From contig OZ024741.1 in the NCBI GenBank assembly GCA_964016885.1, positions 279,000,001 to 279,064,000 of the forward strand: a stretch of DNA of 64,000 nucleotides, in the 5' to 3' direction. Under the pieces are notes generated by a model. The model saw only the letters and a list, made by a program, of their open reading frames with translations. It was not told the origin of the DNA and did no database searches. The position numbers were made by a program, and so were the translations under genes. The DNA comes from Eledone cirrhosa. Taxonomy: Eukaryota. This document shows positions 14,330 to 28,289 of this stretch, piece by piece. How positions within the stretch are numbered: position 1 is the stretch's first letter; every line of letters begins with the position of its first letter.

Positions 14330-15497
14330 TTATTTGCATAGGTAATTATATATTACCTGTATGTTTTGTGAAGGTACGTATACTTTCTCGTATGTATATT
14401 TGATTGTATATGTTATGGCGTATATTTTTTTATTTATTCTGGTACATATGGTTTGGTTATGCGTATACGGAAGTTTTGCGTCTGTGTGAGTATGCAGGTT
14501 TGTACGTATGTAGGGTGTGTGTATTGTGTACTTCATGTTTTGGTTGACGTCGTCTCCGAACATTTGTGTATTTACATGTAGGCATGTGCGTGCGCTTGTT
14601 ATATACGTATTTATTTATTTATATACGTTTATTTAATTATTTATTTATTTGTATACACGCACACACACACACATATTTATATGTGCGTGGTTTTGTATAC
14701 CTATGGCAAGTGTTTTCGCGTATGCTTGTGTATGTACGTATTTGCATGCGTGTATGTATTTATTTATTTTCTATTACCTCTGTATTGTATTTTATTTACT
14801 TTATTCTTAACTCTGAAGCGGAGATTCTTTCGGTTTCCTAGTTAGAATTTTAGTCTACGACTTCAGTTATACCATTTACGTGGTTTTGTTTTTGCGTGCA
14901 ATTGTTCTCTATGCTCCACATATGACGTATTATCTTCGTTATTTCCGTTCATTGCCAGAGAACGTCTCTATGAACCACCTAAGAGAACATTAGTCTACGA
15001 CTTCTTTTATACCATAAACGTGGTTCTGTTTTTGCGTGTAATTGTTTTTCACCGCTCCTATTAATGACGTATTATTCGTTTTTTCCCGTTCTTTGCCAGG
15101 GAACGTTTCCACGAACCAAAGTATCGTCTTCCTGTCTTCCTCCGGTTGCAACGTTTTTTGAAATATCCACTTCTGCGTTTACAGATTGACTTTGTTAGTT
15201 TCAGAAGATCCCGTTAAGGGTGAAAGCAGCGATTCTTTACTTAAACTTTAATCTGTTATTTTAATAAATATTTGCTCTACTGTTCTTATATATTTGATAT
15301 ATATTTATCCTTATCGAACCCTCTTTGGATTTTAGTCTTCAAATTTATTATTATTAATATATATATATATATATTTATATTAAAATAACAGATTAAAGTT
15401 TACGCAAAGAATCGCTGATTTCACCCTTAACGGGGTCTTCTGAAAAAAGAAAAAAATCAATCTGTGAACGCAGAAGTAAATATTTCGAAAAACGTTA
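14330..15497 (+). mobile_element. Long (about 1 kb) family A non-coding element ending in hammerhead plus tail, followed by an inverted short copy
   Basis: Homologous to 20285-21150; internal duplication of about 140 bp (14849-14975 vs 14989-15115); hammerhead at 15197-15247; inverted copy at 15376-15497. Confidence 0.75.
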
Positions 15498-15909
15498 CAC
15501 ACTATATATATATATATACACACACTATATATACATACACACACACACACACAGCTACGTCATAATGTCGTAATGCAGACAGCCAGGCATACAGACAGAT
15601 ATTATAAGGGCGCAACGTTATATCTATGTATTTATCTAAAAAGAGAAAGACTGAGAGAGAGAGAAAGAGATCGCTAAATCGCCTAATGCGGTCCTTGGGG
15701 CATTGAAATTTTCACAGGAAACACTCATAGAACCATAAGTATTACATGTGTAAAGTTTGAATGGTTCTCGAGTTTTAGTGATCGGACAGACAGACATTCT
15801 CTGTTTTAGATATATAGATAAACATAGATGAGTCTCGCAGTGTGAATTTAAGCTGTCATCATGTCACAGCTACCTCAGTAAATGTGAAAGAACGCCATAT
15901 ACTATAGTA

Positions 15910-16078
15910 CAGGCATAGGCAAACTTTTTCGAGCTGTGAGCCACATAAGATGTGGCTCATCATAAGGAGGGCCGGGCCGCACTACTAAAAAATTAATGGC
16001 AATGTTGAAATTAGGCTTTCCATTCAGAAAACCAAACGGGTCGTATGCAGCTCGAGGGCCGCAGGTTGTCCATGGCTG
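15910..16078. mobile_element. hAT-like MITE
   Basis: Imperfect TIRs caggcataggcaa / ttgtccatggctg with gggccg subterminal motifs; no clear TSD. Confidence 0.55.
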
Positions 16079-16649
16079 CCATATACTGTAGTATTTCAGG
16101 ATCTATTCAGGATCTATTAAGCCATCACTAGTAGTGTTTACTAATTCGGGACTAAAGTAATAAAAACTGTCGTGTATAGAATTTTGCAAATAATATATTT
16201 ACGGAGAGTCTTATTTATATAGAGTGTGAGATTTACGGGCAACTATTATTTAGCAGTAGCACTAACACAGCGTGATTCAAAATAGAGGCATTTATGAGAG
16301 CATATACAACATGCATGCAATATTATATATATGAGAAGCTTTATCGTTTTTGCCTGAGTACCGAGTGAATGAGCGTCACTGATGATGGAGTAGTAAACTC
16401 TGAAATACTATAAAATTTGACGTTTTCACACGATTACTAAGGAAGCTGCGACATAGTCACAGCGAGATTCATATATGTTAATTATATATATACATACATA
16501 CGGTAGAGTGTCGGACACAATACTTCGTGACATAGAGTTACGGCCATTTATGTTCTGAGTTCAAATCCCGCCGAGGTTAGCTTCACCTTTCATCGTTACG
16601 AAGTCGATGAAATAAGATGCCATATACATCTATGTATACTTATACCTGT

Positions 16650-16719
<70 letters not shown>

Positions 16720-16752
16720 ATGTATGTATGTATGTATGTATGTATGTATGTA

Positions 16753-17961
16753 TTTACATCAGTCATAAGAGACCTCTTGTATGCAGATGATTGCGATCTT
16801 GTAGCGCACACAGAGAGTGATATGCAGCACATTTTGAATGCATTATCTGACGCTTGCACTGCCCTAGGTTTGACTGTCAGTCTCAAGAAAACCGTCGTCA
16901 TGTACCAACCTGCCCCTGGTAAGCAGTACACTGAACCAAACATCTATGTGTATGGCAAACGACTTGGAGTGGTTGATCAGTTTGTCTACCTGGGAAGCAC
17001 TGTCAATCGATACGGCAACCTTGACAGTAAAATCTCACTTAGGATTAGGAAAGCAAGTGATGCTTTCGGAAAGCTAGAAAGGCGACTCTGGGGTCGGCGA
17101 GACATATGCAGGAGGACAAAGGTAAAGGTGTACAGGGCATGTGTGCTCTCTTGTCTTCTTTATGCCTGCGAGACCTGGGTCACATATCGACACCACCTTA
17201 AGCAATTGGAGCGTTTCCATCAGATGTGTCTCAGACGGATCCATGGCGTTCACCGGAGGGACCACATCAGTGATGTCGAGATTTTGGAAAGCTCTATGTG
17301 TGACAGTATAGAAGCTCTTGTGCTTAAGCAACGACTCCGTTGGAGTGGTCACCTTGCCAGGATGAAGGATTCTAGAATACCAAAACAACTCTTTTATGGA
17401 GAGTTGGTTAAAGGAAAACGACCGCCACATAAACCAAAAAATAGGTATAAGGATTCCTTGAAAGCCTCTCTGAAAGACGCTAACATCTCTGCTGATACAT
17501 GGGAAAATATTGCTGCTGATCGTAATAAATGGAGAAAGACTGTATATGAGGGAAAAGTTGCCTTTGCGGCATCTCGAATCGCATACGAGAAAGTAAAGCG
17601 GGATGTGAGGAAGGGCATTGCTGTTGCACTTCCAGACGGCGAGGGTCTTCCTATGGTGCTGACATGCAGCGTCTGTGCGAGACTCTGCCTAAGCAAAGCT
17701 GGACTCGAAAGTCATCTTCGCAGTCATAAAGTAAGACCAGTGGTTGACTACCAGGCTGCTGTTCGAGATGCTACTCATCATGCTTGCCAAACATGTGGTA
17801 GAGAATGTAAATCAGCAGGAGGGCTCAAGCGACATGCAAAAGTACATGAACTCCAACCACAGCCGACTATTCCCAGTGAATGTTTTGGTTGCCGACTCTG
17901 TGCAAGACATTTTAGATCATTGGCTGGGCTAAAAAGCCACATTCGATCGCAGCGCTGTTAG
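16753..17961 (+). mobile_element. 5'-truncated RTE-clade LINE: RT C-terminal half plus three C2H2-like fingers, ORF uninterrupted
   Basis: LLYADD, FVYLGS, LLYACETW, RLRWSGHLARM..RIPKQLFYGEL motifs; the ORF-track N-terminus before 16753 is microsatellite. Confidence 0.92.
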
Positions 17962-18165
17962 TTGCTATCGTGTGTGTGTGTGTGTGTGTATAGATATGCT
18001 TATGTGTGTGCGTGTATGTGTATATATATATGTATATGTATATTATTATTGTTGTTGTCATTATTGTTGTTGTTATTATTATTATTATTATTATTGTTAT
18101 TAATGTATGTGTGTGTGTATATGTGTGTGTGTGTATATGTGTATGTATGTGTGTATGTATATATG

Positions 18166-18202
<37 letters not shown>

Positions 18203-18293
18203 CTTTTTTTTTTTTTTTTTATTAATTTTCTTTCTTTTTTTTCTCCTCGTGCAATGGCCATACTCGATAACGAGGGGGCAGCCATCATGTATG

Positions 18294-18360
<67 letters not shown>

Positions 18361-18671
18361 GGAAATTTAGTAAAATTGAATCTCTGGCGGTTTGCAAGTA
18401 AATTCGGCCTACTTATATGAAATGATGAGTTAGGAAAGCACTCGATAAGTTAGGTCTTTAGTTTACAAGCACACCGAGCATTATAATAAATGTTTGGTGA
18501 ATCCATACGTACATATATATATGTGTGCATGTATGTATATATATATACATACTACTGTACGTCTGTATACATATATGTATGTACGTATACATACTTATAT
18601 TTAAGTAACAGCCGTACTAAGAGTGGGAAATGAAATTTCGTTTCATTTTTTCTGTTTAAATATATATATAT

Positions 18672-18850
18672 ATTTCAGATTTCGGATTCAATAAATATAT
18701 ATATTTCGGATTCAATAATTAAATATATATTTCAGATTTCGGATTCAATAAATATATATATATATATTTCGGATTTCGAATTCAATAAATATATATATAT
18801 TTCGGATTCAATAAATAAATATATATTTGATTTCGGATTCAATAAATATA
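18672..18850 (+). repeat. About 7 tandem copies of (tttcaga)tttcggattcaataaa separated by variable (TA)n
   Basis: Directly visible. Confidence 0.85.
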
Positions 18851-18887
18851 TATATATATATATATACATATATATATACATATATAC

Positions 18888-19019
<132 letters not shown>

Positions 19020-19027
19020 GTATATAT

Positions 19028-19652
19028 ATTGTTATACTTTGGGAGGGTCGTGTTGCTAATAAGAAACACACGAACCAGTTATTTCACTTAAATTTATTAT
19101 AATAAATTTATAAATTTGGGAATTTATAAATTTCCGGTTGGTTGGTTCCAAAATTAAATAGAAAACATGAATGGAACAGCAACATCACAACTTACAATTA
19201 AGGCCAAAATGAAAACACACACGCACATAGAACAAACAACCAACCAGTAACATGTAAATAAACAAATAAATAAACAAATATAAACACACACAGACACCCG
19301 GATGTACCACATGCGCAAACTAAGCACACAACACACACAAAAACAAGATGGCGTAGGATAGGACAAAGGAGAGCCTCAAAAACAAAGAAAAGAATCCCCA
19401 GTCACTGAAGAGGTCACAGAATGTGTGACGAAAGAACTTTGACAATATATAAACAATCATCTGGTTGTGGATCCAACCTACCAACCGGAAATTCATAAAT
19501 TCCTAAATTTATAAATTTATTATAATAAATTGAAGTGAAAGCAACTGGTGCGTGTGTTTCTTATTGGCAACATGACCCTCCCAAATATAACAATATCGGT
19601 TTCAACACACGTTTTCAGATAAAGAATCTTGCTAAACAAATTCAGAAACGAA

Positions 19653-19655
<3 letters not shown>
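19028..19655 (+). mobile_element. Family E hammerhead-bearing element with inverted 5' segment
   Basis: 19028-19150 is inverted relative to about 19470-19595; diverged relative at about 13000-13465; flanked by long (TA)n. Confidence 0.7.
19401..19443 (+). ncRNA. Type I hammerhead ribozyme (minimal stem III)
   Basis: gtca-CTGAAGA-g-gtcac-agaatgt-gtgac-GAAAG-aa-CTT-tgac; stem I gtca/tgac. Confidence 0.68.
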
Positions 19656-19700
<45 letters not shown>

Positions 19701-19701
19701 G

Positions 19702-19815
<114 letters not shown>

Positions 19816-19816
19816 G

Positions 19817-19865
<49 letters not shown>

Positions 19866-19910
19866 GTATATATATATATGTATATATATATGTATATATA
19901 TATGTATATA

Positions 19911-20169
<259 letters not shown>

Positions 20170-20171
20170 AT

Positions 20172-21149
20172 AGTAATAATAATAAAATTGAAGACTAAAA
20201 TCCAAAGAGGGCTCGATAAGGAAAATATATATCAAATATATAAGAACCGTAGAGCAAATATTTATTAAAATAACAGATTAAAGTCTCGTACGTATATTTG
20301 ACTGTTATAGCGTATAATTTTTACATATTCTGGTATTTAGGGTTTGGCTATGTGTATACGGGAGTTTTGCGTCCGCGTGAGTGTGAAGGTTCGTACGTAT
20401 GGTGGGTGTGTGTATATGTGTACTTCTTGTTTTAGTTGACTTACGTCTCCGAACATTCGTGTATTCATATGTAGGTATGCGTGTGCGCTTGTTATATACG
20501 TATTTATTTACTTATATACGTTTATATAATTATTTATTTATTTGTACACAAGCATACACACACACACATATTTATATGTGCGTGGTTTTGTATACCCATG
20601 GTAAGGTTTTGCGTATGCTTGTGTATGTACGTATCTGTTTGCGTGTATGTATTTATTTGTTTCTATTACTTCTGTATTGTATTTATTTACTTTGTTCTTA
20701 ACTCTGTAGCGGAGATTCATTTGGTCTCCTAGTTAGAATTTTAGTCTACGATTTCTGCTATACCATTTACGTGGTTTTGTCTTTGCGTGCTATTATTCTC
20801 TACGCTCCACATATGACTTATTATCTTCGTTTTTTCGTTCATTGCCAGAGAACGTCTCTATGCACCACCTAAGAGAACATTAGTCTACGACCTCTTTTAT
20901 ACCATAAACGTGGTTCTGTCTTTGCGCGTAATTGTTTTCACCGCTCCTATTAATGACGTATTATTCGTTTTTTCCCGTTCTTTGCCAGCGAACGTTTCCA
21001 CGAACCAAAGTATCGTCTTCCTGTCTTCCTCCGATTGCAACGTTTTTTGAAATATCCAGTTCTGCGTTTACAGATTGTCTTTGTTAGTTTCAGAAGATCC
21101 CGTTAAGGGTGAAAGCAGCGATTCTTTGTTTAATCTGTTATTTTAATAA

Positions 21150-21150
<1 letters not shown>
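20172..21150. mobile_element. Family A: inverted tail (20172-20283) joined to a long forward copy (20285-21150)
   Basis: Homology to 14330-15355; both outer ends abut (TA)n/(TATG)n tracts. Confidence 0.75.
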
Positions 21151-21213
<63 letters not shown>

Positions 21214-21214
21214 G

Positions 21215-21295
<81 letters not shown>

Positions 21296-21296
21296 G

Positions 21297-21411
<115 letters not shown>

Positions 21412-21538
21412 GTATATATATATATATGTATATATATATATGTATATATATATGTATATATATATATATGTATGTATATATATATATATATATGTATATA
21501 TATGTATATATATGTATATGTATATATATGTATATATG

Positions 21539-21575
<37 letters not shown>

Positions 21576-21593
21576 GTATATATATATAATTAT

Positions 21594-21682
<89 letters not shown>

Positions 21683-21990
21683 TAAAAGATCGGAGGCCTT
21701 ATTCAGTTGATTCAGGTTTATTTAAAACTCCGTTATACATATTGCATTGAGGACTATCAATTATGATAGCCTGAGCTCTTGAGGCGGTAAAACCTAAAAT
21801 AAACATTATAACTTCCTAAGAATCCTTTAAATTTGGAAAAATCTAATAATTTCCCCGAAAAAAGATTTTCTTTTCATGATACCGGCCGAACGCGTGGTGT
21901 TGTTTCTTCGACGGACGGCCCCTATATGAGCGTGAATATTTGGTCGGTCGTGCTGCGCACGGGCCGAAAACCTTTTAAAGACCTTTCTGC

Positions 21991-22044
<54 letters not shown>

Positions 22045-22571
22045 GTGAGAGATAGAGAAAGAAAGAGAGTAATGTAATTTGGTAAAGTACATTCAAAGCT
22101 GGGAGAGCGACACAATCTGTGGAATGTGTTGTAGCCTATAGATATTTCCTTCATAGGCTGAAGATCTGGGAGCTACTTCAGTGAGAATCTGAAACAGATG
22201 ACCAGAGAAACAATTGTACCTAAAGATATAACCTCTCCCCATCTCTCCTCTTGTATTCCACCTCTCTTCTCCCTCTCCTCAGCTCTCCTCTTTCCTTCTC
22301 TCTCCTCATCTTTTCTCCTCTCTCTCCTCTCTCCTCCTCTCTCCTCTCTCTTCTTCTCTACTCCTCTCTCCTCCTCACTCCCCATCTCTCCTCCTTTCTC
22401 TTCTTCTCTCCTCATTTCTTCTCCTCTCATCCTCTCCTCTCCCACCTCTCTCCCACCACCTCTATTCTCTTACACGTTTCTCCTCTTTCCCGCTCTCCCC
22501 GTCCCTCCCCATCTATCCTCTATCTCTCCCTCGCCTCTCTCTCTTTCTCTCCACTTCTCTCCATTATTCCC

Positions 22572-22606
<35 letters not shown>

Positions 22607-22845
22607 GCTCAAACAATTGTCTATGTTACATATTGACATAAACCTCAGTTAAGGTTCCCTCATCTTTTACGGAATAATGGTGAGTGTTATAGTAGTAGTG
22701 GTGGTCTGATGAAGTGGCTGGGAAACAAAATAATTATTTCGTCCGATGTCCCAATCATATTTGCCTTTTCTTCATCCCAAAATAGATAGTTCACCACTTC
22801 ACACGGCATAAACATAATACACACATACACACACACTCATATAAA

Positions 22846-22879
<34 letters not shown>

Positions 22880-23504
22880 CACACACACAAACACACACAC
22901 ACAAACACACAAAAACACATAAGCACACACACAAACACACACATACACACACGCGCGCACACACAAAACACACACATACAAATACAAAACACACACACAC
23001 AAACGCGCACACAATACACAAACACACACACACACACAAACATACACACAAACACACACAAACACACACACAAGCACAAACACACACATAAACAAACACA
23101 AGCACACACATACACACACAAACACATACAATTCAGAAACAAAGTATATAATCCGACCAACTTGATTTCATCCATTCAATCAAGCGTTATTGTACATTCA
23201 ACAAAGGATGGAAACTTGGTAGAATCGGAAGAACGTCGGACAAAATGCTTTGCGGCATATAGTTGCGTCCCTTTACGTTCAAATCCCGTCGAGGTCAACT
23301 TTGCGTTTCATCCTTCCAGGAGTCTGTAAAGTAAAGTACCAGTGAAACACTGGGATCGATATAATTGACTTTCTCCTTCCCAACAAAATCATTGGCCTTG
23401 GGCCTCAATTAAATATTCAACATCAATCCCTCACCTATTACTCAATATATTTATTAACCGACCGCTTATTTTTCACGCTGATCGATATCAAGAGGAGACC
23501 TCTG

Positions 23505-23650
23505 GTGTCCTCCGCAAAATAGGAAGGAGTCCCTATCAAGTGGAGTGGCTGATGTAGCAGGTGTTACTGGCTGTTCCCTGTGGTGATGTATTAACAATTT
23601 TGTCTGCAAGGTACAATTAGGATATACCACCTAGACTGGGGTATAGTCAG
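23505..23650 (+). pseudogene. Decayed 3' end of a CRE-like (RLE) non-LTR retrotransposon
   Basis: Translates as PYQVEWLM*QVLLAVPCGDVLTILSA, alignable to EPREVDWLLHRVSLVILRGN at 61760-61915. Confidence 0.6.
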
Positions 23651-26437
23651 CCACTCCCTACCCCACAGCTGAGATATGCCACCTAGACTGGGGTATAGTC
23701 AGCCACTCCCTACCCCACAGCTGAGATATACCACCTAGACTGGGGTATAGTCAGCCACTCCCTACCCCACAGCTGAGATATACCACCTAGACTGGGGTAT
23801 AGTCAGCCACTCCCTACCCCACAGCTGAGATATGCCACCTAGACTGGGGTGTAGAGTCTGTCACTCCCTCCCCCACAGCTGAGATATACCACCTAGACTG
23901 GGGTGTAGTCAGCCACTCCTTCCCCCACAGCTGAGATATACCACCTAGACTGGGGTGTAGAGTCTGTCACTCCCTCCCCCACAGCTGAGATATACCACCT
24001 AGACTGGGGTGTAGTCAGCCACTCCTTCCCCCACAGCTGAGATATACCACCTAGACTGGGGTGTAGAGTCTGTCACTCCCTCCCCCACAGCTGAGATATA
24101 CCACCTAGACTGGGGTGTAGTCAGCCACTCCTTCCCCCACAGCTGAGATATACCACCTAGACTGGGGTGTAGAGTCTGTCACTCCCTCCCCCACAGCTGA
24201 GATATACCACTTAGACTGGGGTGTAGTCAGCCACTCCCTCCCCCACAGCTGAGATATACCACCTAGACTGGGGTGTAGTCAGCCACTCCCTTCCCCACAG
24301 CTGAGATATACCACCTAGACTGGGGTGTAGTCAGCCACTCGCTCCCCCACAGCTGAGATATACCACCTAGACTGGGGTGTAGAGTCTGTCACTCTCTCCC
24401 CCACAGCTGAGATATACCACCTAGACTGGGGTGTAGAGTCTGTCAATCTCTCCCCCACAGCTGAGATATACCACCTAGACTTGGGTGTAGTCAGCCACTC
24501 CCTCCCCCACAGCTGAGATATACCACCTAGACTGGGGTGTAGTCTGTCACTCCCTCCCTCACAGCTGAGATATACCACCTAGACTGGGGTGTAGAGTCTG
24601 TCACTCCCTCACACAGCTGAGATATACCACCTAGACTGGGGTGTAGTCTGTCACTCCCTCCCCCACGGCTGAGATATACCACCTAGACTGGGGTGTAGAG
24701 TTTGTCACACCCTCCCCCACAGCTGAGATATACCACCTAGACTGGGGTGTAGTCAGCCACTCCCTCCCCCACAGCTGAGATATACCACCTAGACTGGGGT
24801 GTAGAGTCTGTCACTCTCTCCCACAGCTGAGATATACCACCTAGACTAGGGAGTAGAGTCTGTCACTCCCTCCCCCACAGCTGAGATATACCACCTAGAC
24901 TGGGGTGTAGAGTCTGTCACTCCCTCCCCCACAGTTGAGATATACCACCTAGACTGGGGTGTAGAGTCTGTCACTCCCTCCCCCACAGTTGAGATATACC
25001 ACCTAGACTGGGGTGTAGAGTCTGTCACTCTCTCCCACAGCTGAGATATACCACCTAGACTGGGGTGTAGAGTTTGTCACTCCCTCCCGCACAGCTGAGA
25101 TATACCACCTAGACTGGGGTGTAGAGTTTGTCACTCCCTCCCCCACTGCTGAGATATACCACTTAGACTGGGGTGTAGAGTCTGTCACTCCCTCCCCCAC
25201 AGCTGAGATATACCACCTAGACTGGGGTGTAGAGTCTGTCACTCTCTCCCCCACAGCTGAGATATACCACCTAGACTGGGGTGTAGAGTTTGTCACTCCC
25301 TCCCCCACTGCTGAGATATACCACTTAGACTGGGGTGTAGAGTCTGTCACTCTCTCCCACAGCTGAGATATACCACCTAGACTGGGGTGTAGAGTTTGTC
25401 ACTCCCTCCCGCACAGCTGAGATATACCACCTAGACTGGGGTGTAGAGTTTGTCACTCCCTCCCCCACAGTTGAGATATACCACCTAGACTGGGGTGTAG
25501 AGTCTGTCACTCTCTCCCACAGCTGAGATATACCACCTAGACTGGGGTGTAGAGTTTGTCACTCCCTCCCGCACAGCTGAGATATACCACCTAGACTGGG
25601 GTGTAGAGTTTGTCACTCCCTCCCCCACTGCTGAGATATACCACTTAGACTGGGGTGTAGAGTCTGTCACTCCCTCCCCCACAGCTGAGATATACCACTT
25701 AGACTGGAGTGTAGAGTCTGTCACTCCCTCCCCCACAGCTGAGATATACCACCTAGACTGGGGTGTAGAGTCTGTCACTCTCTCCCTCACAGCTGAGATA
25801 TACCACCTAGACTGGGGTGTAGAGTTTGTCACTCCCTCCCCCACAGCTGAGATATACCACCTAGACTGGGTGTGGAGTTTGTCACTCCCTCCCCCACAGC
25901 TGAGATATACCACCTTGACTGAGCTGTAGAGTCTGTCACTCCCTCCCCCACAGCTGAGATATACCACCTACACAGGGTATACAGTGTACCACTCAAAGCT
26001 GAGATGTACCACCTTGACTGAGCTGTAGAGTCTGTCACTCCCTCCCCCACAGCTGAGATATACCACCTACACAGGGTATACAGTGTGCCACTCAAAGCTG
26101 AGATGTACCACCTTGACTGAGCTGTAGAGTCTGTCACTCCCTCCCCCACAGCTGAGATATACCACCTACACAGGGTATACAGTGTGCCACTCAAAGCTGA
26201 GATGTACCACCTTGACTGAGCTGTAGAGTCTGTCACTCCCTCCCCCACAGCTGAGATATACCACCTACACAGGGTATACAGTGTGCCACTCAAAGCTGAG
26301 ATGTACCACCTTGACTGAGCTGTAGAGTCTGTCACTCCCTCCCCCACAGCTGAGATATACCACCTACACAGGGTATACAGTGTGCCACTCAAAGCTGAGA
26401 TGTACCACCTTGACTGAGCTGTAGAGTCTGTCACTCC
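23620..26437. repeat. Minisatellite with 51-54 bp unit (about 50 copies), switching to a 99-bp dimeric unit in the last ~500 bp
   Basis: Unit agctgagatataccacctagactggggtgtagagtctgtcactccctcccccac; cacagggtat recurs at 25971, 26070 and 26169. Confidence 0.97.
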
Positions 26438-26717
26438 TTCTCGTTTTCCCTTTCTCTATTTAATAATATTTTTCTCTCTCTTTCTATTTTTATTTTTATT
26501 GTAAAAAGTATATAATCCAATTGTATGTTTGTGTGTAAGAGTGTGTTTATGTATGTTAGTACGTTTGTATGTGTTTGTGAGTGTGTGTTTGTAGTTTGTG
26601 TGTGTGAGTGCTTATTTGTTTGTAGATGAGAGAATTTATTTGTAGATTTCTGTGGTTGTGTTTGTGCGTGACTGTGTATGTGTGTGTGTGAGAGAGAGAG
26701 AGAAAGAGTATGGGTGT

Positions 26718-26897
26718 GTGTTAGTATGATGTGAATATGTATGGATGTGTATGTATTTTTATATGATCAGGTACGTTCGTGTTTGTGATGTGTGTGTATG
26801 TGTATGTGTGTGCATGTGTGTGTGTTAGTTTGATGCATATTTGTATGGATGTATACGTGTGTTTCTGTGATCAGGTGTATTCGTATTTGTGTTGTGC

Positions 26898-26933
<36 letters not shown>

Positions 26934-27035
26934 GTGTGTGTGTGTGTATGTGTGTGTGTTAGTTTGTTGCACATTTGTATGGATGTATTCGTGTGTTTCT
27001 GTGATCAGGTGTATTCGTATTTGTGTTGTGCGCGC

Positions 27036-27085
<50 letters not shown>

Positions 27086-27272
27086 GTGCGTGTGTGTGCG
27101 TGTGCGTGTGCGTGCGTGTGTGTGTGTGTGTGTGTTAGTTTGTTGCACATTTGTATGGATGTATTCGTGTGTTTCTGTGATCAGGTGTATTCGTACTTGT
27201 GTTGTGCGCGCGCGTGTGTGTGCGCGTGTGTGCGTGTGTGCGTGTGTGCGTGTGCGTGCGTGTGCGTGTGTG

Positions 27273-27345
<73 letters not shown>

Positions 27346-27430
27346 GTGTGCGTGTGTGCGCGTGTGTTAGTATGTTGTGAATTAGTATGGATGTACATGT
27401 GTGTTTATATGATCAAGTGTGTCCGTGTTT
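26718..27430. repeat. Five copies of a ~70-bp unit separated by variable (TG)n/(CG)n
   Basis: gttagtttgttgcacatttgtatggatgtattcgtgtgtttctgtgatcaggtg at about 26720, 26824, 26958, 27134 and 27367. Confidence 0.85.
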
Positions 27431-27654
27431 CAGATATTTGTACATATTCGTGTGTTTAAGTTTGTCTTAGTGAATGGCTGAGTCCACGGGTGTGAATGTG
27501 GCGGTATTTCGTGAGATTCAATATCGGAAACACGTCTGTGACGTTGTCAGTTGCTGTGCAATTTCAAGTAACAAAAACAAACGATAGAGGGAAGAGGTTT
27601 AGTAATGACCATGTTGGTACCTTTGTTATTGTTGTTGTTATTACTAACGGCGGC

Positions 27655-28270
27655 GAGGGCGGTGGATTGGCAGTATCGGTCGAACGTCGGACAACATGCT
27701 TTGCAGCATAGAGTTACGGCCCTTTATGATCTGAGTTCAAATCCCGCCGAGGTTAACTTTGCCTTTCATCCTTACGGGGTCGATAAAATAAAGTACCAGT
27801 CACACACTGGGATCGATTTAATCGACTTTCCCATCCTCCAAAATTGCTGGCCTTGTGCCTATATAAGAAACCGTTATTACTGATGGCGGTAGAGTGGCAA
27901 TGTCGGTAGGGCGTCAGACAACATGCTTTGCGGCCTATAGTTACGACCCTTTATGTTCTGAATTCTGAATTCAAATCCTGCCGAGGTTAGCGTTACCTTT
28001 CATCCTTCCGGGGTCGATAGAATAAAGTACCAGTCATCTACTGAGGTGGAGTTAAACAACCCTCCCCTTCCTTACAAATTGTTGACCTTGTGCCTTACGT
28101 CCCTTTGCGGTCTGAGTTCAAATCCCGCCGAGGTTGACTTTGCCTTTCATCCTTACGGGGTCGATAAAATAAAGTACCAGTAATGCACTGAGTTATTGCT
28201 GGCCTTGTGCCTAAAGTAGAAACAAGTATTGTTGTTATTGTTAACAGAGATAGATTGGCATATCGGTAGA
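27655..28270 (+). mobile_element. Tandem cluster of 3-4 tRNA-SINE copies
   Basis: Repeated head, B-box and core motifs. Confidence 0.8.
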
Positions 28271-28289
28271 GCATGGCGACGGTGGTCGT

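Noticed and set aside
23620-26437. CRISPR-like array or repetitive protein (DSTPQSRWYISAVGEGV)n
   Set aside because: No unique spacers, no cas genes and eukaryotic context; unit-length variants shift frame; the unit derives from a LINE 3' end
27655-27880. tRNA genes
   Set aside because: Only A/B-box-like heads fused to SINE bodies; no cloverleaf
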